In this document: positions 59,962 to 64,000 of the stretch, piece after piece
Layout of the letters: every line of letters starts with the position of its first letter
How positions within the stretch are numbered: the stretch's first letter is position 1
NCBI GenBank assembly: GCA_030390025.1
Contig: CM059432.1
Coordinates: 127,226,001 to 127,290,000, forward strand
DNA from: Squalus acanthias
Taxonomy: Eukaryota
Reading direction: 5' to 3'
Length of the DNA: 64,000 nucleotides
Translations under genes and position numbers: made by a program
The notes under the pieces: generated by a model
What the model was told of the DNA's origin: nothing
Database searches by the model: none
What the model saw: only the letters and a program-made list of their open reading frames with translations

Positions 59962-61255
59962 CAACAACAGCAACTTGCATTTATATAGTGCCGTTAATGC
60001 AAAAGAAATGTCCCAAGACGCATCCCAGAGGTGTAATTAGAGGAAAATGGACACGGAGATACAGAAGGAGCTATTAGGAAGGGTGAAGAGGTGGATTTTA
60101 AGAAGGATCTTGAAGGAGGAGAAGAAGGTGGAGAGACAGAAGGATATACCGAGGGAATTCCAGAGCATGGGGCCTAGATGGCTAAAGGCACGGTCAGCAA
60201 AAGTGCGGTGAAGGGAGGGAGGATAAGCAAAATGCCAGAGTCAGAGGAACAGGGAGTTCTGAAGCGGAGGGAGGAATTGTAGGTCTGGAGGATGTTGCCG
60301 AGATAGGGAGGGTCAAGGCCATGAAGGGATTTAAACACGAGGAAAATGTTAAAATTGAGGTGTTGGAGGACCGGGAGCCAATGTAAGTCAGCAAGCACAG
60401 GGGTGATGGGTGAACGGGACTTTGAGCAAGATAGGACACGGGCAGCCGAGTTTGGATAAGTTGAAGTTTACAGAGTGTGGAAAATAGGAGGCCAGCTGGG
60501 AGAGCATTGGAATAATCTAGTCCAGAAGTGACAAAAGCATGCACGAGGGTTATCAGCAGCGGGTGGGCTGAGGCAGGGGCAGAGAGGGGTGATGTTACAG
60601 AAACAGAAATAGGTGGTCCTTGTGATGGTGAGTATATGGGGTCATAAAGGATGTTGAGAGTTCAAACAGTCTGGTTCAGCCTGAGACAATGGCTGGGGAG
60701 TGCGATGGAATCAGTGGCACAAGTATGGAGTTTGTGGCAGGGGTTTAAGACAATGGCTTCAGTCTTCCAAGCACTTAACTGAAAGAAATTGCGGCTCATC
60801 CAAGACTGGATATCGGACAAGCAGACAATGGTTGGGTCGTGAGAGGTGGGGGACAAGTAGAGCTGGGTGTTATCAGCGTACATGTGGAAGCTGAACCCAT
60901 ATCTGCGGAGGGGCAGCATGTAGATGAGGAAGTGAAGGGGGATCAAGGACAGATTCTTGTGGGACTCCAGAGGTAATAGTGCTGGGGTGGGAAGAGAAGT
61001 CAGAGATGCTTTGGCTACGATCGGATATTTAAGAGTGGAACCAAGTGATGGCAGCCCCACTGCGCTGGACAACTGAGGGAAGGCATTGGAGGAGGATGGT
61101 GTGGCTGACTGTGCCAAAGACTGCAGAGAGTACGAGGAGGGGTAATGCACCATGATCGTGGAGGACATCATCTGTGACTTTGGTTAGAGCCATTTTAGTG
61201 CTATTGCAGGGATGAAAATTGATTGAAGATATTCAAACCTGGAATTGCAGGAAAG
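59962..61255 (-). mobile_element. L2 LINE RT/3' fragment
   Basis: HMYADNTQLYLS..DIQSWMSRNFFQL..KTEAI, HAFVTSGLDYSNAL, LADLHWLPV; L2 tail. Confidence 0.9.
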
Positions 61256-62917
61256 ATGAAGAAGAACATATTATTTCAAGTCTCCACGCCATTGTGTTTC
61301 CCTGAGTTTTCTTGAAGCTTCCCCATGAGTCGAAATTGGGCCTGCACCTACCTAGTGTAGGCAGTTTAATGAGGTGGGAGGGGACGTACCCAGCCACCTG
61401 CCTCATTTTCTGGAGCATCCACTTGTTGGGCCCCTGTCAAAACCTGGTGCTGTGACCTGCCCTGAGCACGCACTGGGTAGAGGGGGCCAGGGTGAAGAAA
61501 CCAAGGCAGGTGTTCAACTTTATGTTTAATTCCTCCGCTCCCCCCCCCACCCCCCCCCGGAACATTTGAGGTGCTCATCTCCAGCAGCAGCCAGAACCAG
61601 AGCGCAGATACAACTGTGCCATGATTTCCTCCCTGCACCTAAAGTTCCCCTCGTGCCGTGAATAAGAACCAGGGGAGGAAAAACGCAGGGAGCTGCCTCT
61701 TCACAGCCTCAGTGCACCTCAAGTGTGTTGCATCTGTCAGGCACCCAGTGGGGTAGATCTAATGCAAATCGTTATTCCAGGCAAACTGAGTCACCTACAT
61801 TATGACTTCCTTATCACTGCTTCCCCCATATCTCCTTGAAGGAAGGAAGGGAGGGTTGGATGGATGATCACAAAATTCAAACCTATATCCACACCTTGTA
61901 AAAAGCAACAGAAAATCCAAGAAGGGGTTTATAACTATTTATGGAATCAAAGAAATTTACAGCACCGAAAGTGACCATTTTGTCCCATTGCTCCTGTGCC
62001 GAGTTTCCGTAAGGACTTAATCCCATTCCCCTGTCCTTTCCCCGTGCCATGTTAATTTTTTTTCTGTTCAAGTATTTATCTGCTTTTCCCCTTCATGCCC
62101 AACTGAAAATTCATCACAGACAAATCGCATTCTCTTTCTCTAAAATGTAGCCATCCTCAATTGTGTAGCTGGCACTAAGTAACTGTTTCAGGTCACCAGG
62201 TAAAGGGGACATTTATAGAAACAGGTCTACAACAATAATTGGAATGGTTCAGCTTTAATGCTTGTATCCAATTTTGAGACTTACCTGGATAATCATTTCC
62301 ACGTGATCAAATTGCATACAGTGTGAACCACCTATCACAAACACTTGTACCTCCCTCTGTTGTAATATGATTGCTAATCAGTACTCAAACACAAAGGGAT
62401 GTGGTTAGTTACATGAACTTTACAGACTGGAGCAACCAGGGAAGGAAAACCATCACTGTTTTAGCCCAGTGAAATAGTGTTATCGAGTTTCTGAAGCTGC
62501 AGGAACCTGAGAGAGAAACTATTTTACAACAGATGGAGCCTGGTACCCCACAAAAGTAAGTAGCAAGAGTCGATGTGTATTTTCTGTTCACGTGGATGCT
62601 AAATGCACTTAATTAAAAATGACATTAGTTTCAGGTGAATTTATTTCTACCTGTGATTCAAAAAATTGCAAATAATCATGGACTTGTTCAAAATGTGAGT
62701 TTTCTTTTTTTGAGAATGAAAAATGAATGAGAAAATACATTTGCAACATTTTTTAAATATGGATTTCCTCTTTTTAAAGTGCAACCTAGTAATTATTTTT
62801 AAGCGATCTTGTAACGCAAGGGCCAAGTAAAATAATTTTAATGGCCAAAGAAATATATTAATATTGAAACATTTTATTGGATTGTTTCACAGGAAGTTAT
62901 GGCTAACAATTGCATTA

Positions 62918-63150
62918 TTGAGGGGTTACGGGGAGCGGGCAGGAAATTGGACATGAGGCTGAGTTCGGATCGGTCGAGGCCCTGGGGGTGGCGGAGCGGG
63001 CCCAGAGGCTGAGTGGCCGGGTCCTGCTCCTACTTCTTGTGTTCTTTAGATTTGAGGTTAGGATCAGATCAGCCATGATCTTATTGAATGGCGGAGCAGG
63101 CTCGAGGGGCCGATTGGCCTACTCCTGCTCCTATTTCTTATGTTCTTATG
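62918..63150 (+). mobile_element. Two tandem CR1 3' tails
   Basis: Two successive GGCGGAGC..CCTGCTCCTA(C/T)TTCTT(G/A)TGTTCTT termini. Confidence 0.8.
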
Positions 63151-63840
63151 TAATAAGCAGATTCAAAATATTCGGTTCTATCCTTTAAAGAAAATATTAG
63201 AGCTTTGTATTGTGATAAAAACTGCTTCGATAACGTGTGATTAAAGAGTCAGTAACCACGGGAAATATATTTTCCAGGGAGTGACCATGTGATAGGCTGT
63301 TTCCAAATATAAACTTTATCAATGTGTTCATAATTATACCGAGAATCACAATTCTTTGAGAAGTATTCTCTCCTTCTAAATGTATTGTAAAAACTGATAA
63401 CTGTGCAGGTAATCTTTATTTTTATACTTTACATATACATTTTACATATACACATTACATAATTTTAAATATATTTATAACTAGTCAAAGATTAGCTAAC
63501 TCAGATAGACCAGGAACCAACCTATGATACTCCTGATCTGTACAGACCATGTAGCGAACTTAGCCACTAAGATATTGCCGTCACTCAAGTGCAAAGACAA
63601 TTTGAAGAACAATTCTTTATGATAGCCTATTGAAAAAAAAATCTTTACGATCATGTTGGAGAGTTTTCAAGCATATTGTACAAGATCTGATGGTAAACTT
63701 TAACTAACTGTTCCAGAATGACTTCCAGTTGTGACCATTTCAAAATACTTTTAAGGATTTTGTTTATTAATATGCCAAAGCAATGAAGACTATAGTTTAA
63801 AGAAGTAGTATTGGAGATATCCATGAACCAATTATTCATA

Positions 63841-63976
63841 AAACAATAGCAAAATACTGCGGATGCTGGAAATCCGAAATTACAACAGAAAACGCTGGAA
63901 AAACTCAGCAGGCCAGGCAGCATCCGTGGAGAGAGAAACAGAGTTAACGTTTCAGGTCGAAGGCCTTTCGTCAGAC
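63841..63976 (-). mobile_element. PLE family-B mini-copy with HHR core
   Basis: Minus strand CTGACGA-A-AGGCC-ttc-GACCT-GAAA-CG-T-T-AACT (63942-63974) plus tail; TSD CCAATTATTCATA (63828-63840 / 63977-63989). Confidence 0.88.
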
Positions 63977-64000
63977 CCAATTATTCATATTGGGTAACCT

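Noticed and set aside
17200..64000. Exons of the expected syntenic neighbour (BAALC lies downstream in mammals)
   Set aside because: No MGCGGSRADAIEPRYYESW-like exon seen; small exons could have been missed by eye.
1..64000. CRISPR arrays, tRNA/rRNA genes, prokaryotic operons
   Set aside because: Spliced eukaryotic locus; no repeat-spacer array; tRNA-like boxes belong to SINE heads.

Overview
Vertebrate genomic DNA, almost certainly from a cartilaginous fish (inferred from the repeat repertoire). The first ~16 kb hold the last five coding exons and 3' UTR of ATP6V1C1 (V-ATPase V1 subunit C1, + strand), all with canonical GT-AG splice sites. About 1.45 kb past the stop codon lies a diverged, still-open duplicate of the terminal exon (17035-17127). 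The rest is intergenic and repeat-rich. It contains CR1, L2 and RTE-like LINE fragments, DeuSINE (SacSINE1-like) SINEs, a decayed hAT transposon with nested insertions, Harbinger-like MITEs and a 1.7-kb LTR-like insert. The most striking system is a set of Penelope-like element (PLE) derivatives carrying minimal type-I hammerhead ribozyme (HHR) motifs of two families. They occur as fold-back (inverted-arm) insertions and as mini-copies with 11-14 bp target-site duplications (TSDs), whose 5' ends repeatedly fall at the 5' edge of the ribozyme core. A parent-type PLE fragment (RT + GIY-YIG) is in the same window. Coordinates were counted by eye; old repeat boundaries are approximate.
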